Shown: positions 61,731-64,000 of the stretch, one piece after another | How positions within the stretch are numbered: the first letter of the stretch is position 1 | How the letters are laid out: every line of letters begins with the position of its first letter | Assembly (NCBI GenBank): GCA_963840455.1 | Contig: CAWIYV010000011.1 | Coordinates: 480,001 to 544,000 of the forward strand | Length of the DNA: 64,000 nt | Direction of reading: 5' to 3' | Source of the DNA: Nitrospirota bacterium | GTDB lineage: Bacteria; Nitrospirota; UBA9217 | The notes under the pieces: generated by a model | What the model saw: the letters and a program-made list of their open reading frames with translations, nothing else | What the model was told of the DNA's origin: nothing | Databases searched by the model: none | Translations under genes and position numbers: made by a program

Positions 61731-63983
61731 ATGCCCAGGCTCACTTATAAGACACTCGTCTACGGCGCGGCAGGGGCTTTCGGCGGATCAGCCGCCTGGG
61801 CCTTTGTCCTGGCCTTGTCCCAGACCATGCGCAGCGGTCTCCTGACCGAGATAGCGCTCGGCTCGATCGTGGGCATGTTCATCGGCGGGTTCGTCTGGAG
61901 CCACGAGGCCATTACCGGAAGGCAGTTCCGCACCGCGCTCGAGCGCGCGGCCTTCGGCGCTCTGGCCGGCATCCTGGGCGGAGGGCTCGGCGCGGGTCAA
62001 GGCAATACGGTCTTTTCCGCACTCGGACGATACGTAGCGAACCTGGGCGGGTTCCGCGCGTCCCTGGGCATTGCCCTCTCCGTGGCCCTGGGATGGGCGG
62101 TCCTGGGGGCCGCGATCGGCATCAGCGGCGGCTTAATGGTCCGCTCCCGCTCGCGCGCCTGGTACGGCCTGGCCGGCGGATCCCTGGGAGGATTTCTCGG
62201 AGGCTTTCTGTTCAATGCCCTCTCGACAACGAACGTCTGGTCGGCCCTGGCAGGTCTTACCCTGCTCGGGCTTTCCATCGGCGCTTTCATCAGTCTCGTC
62301 GAGGAAGCCTTTGTCTCGGCAAAGGTGAAAGTGATCAAGGGACGGCACCTGGGCAGGGAGTTCCCGCTCCTCAAGGAACTGAGCGTCATCGGCCGCGATG
62401 ACCGCTCAGATGTCTGTCTTTCCGGCGCCGAAGGCGTAGCGAACCAGCACGCAGGCATCCGGCGGAACAACGGCCATTTCATCATCGAGACCGACGAAGA
62501 GGGAAAACCCGTGTACGTGAACCAGAAGATGACGCGGAACAGCAGGCTCGCCGATGGCGATGTCATCCGCGTGGGCAGCATCCTGCTCATGTTCTCGGCG
62601 GTCAGGAAAGCAGTGGCGATCGCAGCCGTGACCGTCATGCTGTGCCTCTCCGTGGTGGCAGGGAGTACGGCACTGGCGGCCGGACCCGCATCAGCCCAGA
62701 TCACCCAGTTCGACCTGAGCGGTTTCCCGACAGTGAAGATGTATGTTTCCGTACTTGATGCGGACGGCAACCCGGTCCGCGGCCTGAGCAAGGAAGCGGT
62801 GACGCTCAGCGAGAACGGACGCCCCGTCGCGGTGGACGCGATGCAGATGACCGGGACGAAAGTCACGCGCGAGCCCTTGAGCCTTGCCATTGTGGTGGAC
62901 CGGAGCGAGTCCATGACCGGCGAAAAAATCGAACACGCCAGGGAATCGGTCGACCGTTTTCTTTCGCTCATGCAGCAGGGAGACCGGGCAGCCCTCATCG
63001 CCTTCAGCGATTCCATCGTGAAGCTCGAATCACTGACTGACAACATCGGACTTCTCAGGCAGGCGACGGCCGCCATCCGGCCCGGCGGGCACACTGCGCT
63101 CTACGATGCCGTGGTTGCCGGCGTGGCCTCGGTCCAGGGAGTACCGGGCAGGCGGGCAGTGATCGTCCTGACCGACGGGATCGCCAACCGCGGCTCCCTC
63201 GACATCGACCAGGCAATCGCCGCAGCTGCTAAAGAGTACGTCTCAGTCTCCGTCATCGGCCTGGGCAAGGACGTCCGGGCATCTCGGCTCGAGCGGATCG
63301 CCATAGAGACCGGGGGCTCCTACTTTTTTACGCCCTCCGCCGTCGGACTGATGGATATCTACGATACCATCGGCAACAGGATCCGGAACGAGTACGCCGT
63401 CACCTTCGTGACCGAAAAGCGGGCTGCATACCTCCGTAACCTTTGGCTCACCCTTGCTTCAGGCCAACATGCAACACGCTCCTATTTCCAGCCCCAGTCC
63501 TCGCTCTTCGGTGCCGGTAGCATGCTGCCCCCATGGGCCTTTGCCGTCCCTCTTGCGAGCATACTGGGGCTTGTGGCCGTCTCGCTCCGCAGGGTGGAGC
63601 GGTACTACGAGACCGGCCATCTGAGCCTCGTGCGCGGCACGGGCACGAAGAAGGACATCAATATCAATTCCCGTGTGACCATTGGAAGGGACGAGCGTAA
63701 TACCCTCGGCCTCTTCAAGGACAGCGGCATCGACCAGCGGCACGCCGAGGTCGTCCGGGAGAGCGGCAAATATATTATCGAGGACAAGGGTTCTGCTGCC
63801 GGGACCTACGTGAACAAGACCCGCGTCGCGGGCAGGCAGGCGCTTCAGGACGGCGACGTCATCACCATGGGCAACGCCACCATCATATTCAGCGAGGAGA
63901 CCAGGCCGACCTGTCCTGACTGCGGCGGCGCCCTGAGGCCGAAGGCGAAGTTCTGCGCCAAGTGTGGAGCGAAACAGGCTTAG
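61731..63983 (+). CDS. Membrane protein: Gly-rich multi-TM, FHA, TM, vWA, TM, FHA, zinc ribbon
   Basis: RBS ggagg; two IGRD FHA-like domains; DRSES/TALYDA/LTDG MIDAS; CPDC...FCAKCG. Confidence 0.85.
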   Translation: MPRLTYKTLVYGAAGAFGGSAAWAFVLALSQTMRSGLLTEIALGSIVGMFIGGFVWSHEAITGRQFRTALERAAFGALAGILGGGLGAGQGNTVFSALGRYVANLGGFRASLGIALSVALGWAVLGAAIGISGGLMVRSRSRAWYGLAGGSLGGFLGGFLFNALSTTNVWSALAGLTLLGLSIGAFISLVEEAFVSAKVKVIKGRHLGREFPLLKELSVIGRDDRSDVCLSGAEGVANQHAGIRRNNGHFIIETDEEGKPVYVNQKMTRNSRLADGDVIRVGSILLMFSAVRKAVAIAAVTVMLCLSVVAGSTALAAGPASAQITQFDLSGFPTVKMYVSVLDADGNPVRGLSKEAVTLSENGRPVAVDAMQMTGTKVTREPLSLAIVVDRSESMTGEKIEHARESVDRFLSLMQQGDRAALIAFSDSIVKLESLTDNIGLLRQATAAIRPGGHTALYDAVVAGVASVQGVPGRRAVIVLTDGIANRGSLDIDQAIAAAAKEYVSVSVIGLGKDVRASRLERIAIETGGSYFFTPSAVGLMDIYDTIGNRIRNEYAVTFVTEKRAAYLRNLWLTLASGQHATRSYFQPQSSLFGAGSMLPPWAFAVPLASILGLVAVSLRRVERYYETGHLSLVRGTGTKKDININSRVTIGRDERNTLGLFKDSGIDQRHAEVVRESGKYIIEDKGSAAGTYVNKTRVAGRQALQDGDVITMGNATIIFSEETRPTCPDCGGALRPKAKFCAKCGAKQA

Positions 63984-64000
63984 GGTAGGACCGATAACCC

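Overview
High-GC bacterial chromosome segment from an anaerobic sulfur-cycling bacterium. Gene content and order suggest Nitrospirota or Desulfobacterota (inference). The main block is a minus-strand adk-sat-aprBA-qmoABC-CBS-hppA sulfate activation/APS reduction cluster (39.0-51.2 kb), alongside housekeeping genes (uvrA, nadB, guaA, rdgB). Four signalling modules are present: (1) TonB-dependent receptor, two periplasmic binding proteins and a HAMP-GGDEF-EAL protein; (2) a GlrK/GlrR-like two-component pair beside a sigma54-driven operon of unknowns ending in a catalytically degenerate MsrB; (3) a PocR-GAF-GGDEF cyclase, an unusual P-loop ATPase/RsbW-kinase fusion, a STAS protein and a GAF-HD-GYP protein; (4) a sigma54-preceded PP2C-vWA-FHA cluster running to the window end. 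A probable accessory island (24.4-31.6 kb) holds an mdcA remnant whose 3' end is duplicated, an lgt homolog ending in a degenerate attC-like site, and a DUF3300-DUF2950 pair. Intergenic DNA carries eight copies of a ~115-bp two-hairpin element, three of them nested in a larger covarying structured scaffold present in three copies. Several frameshifts (4.4-6.1 kb and qmoB) may be sequencing errors. No rRNA, tRNA, CRISPR array or transposase was seen. All family assignments are by motif recognition, not database search.
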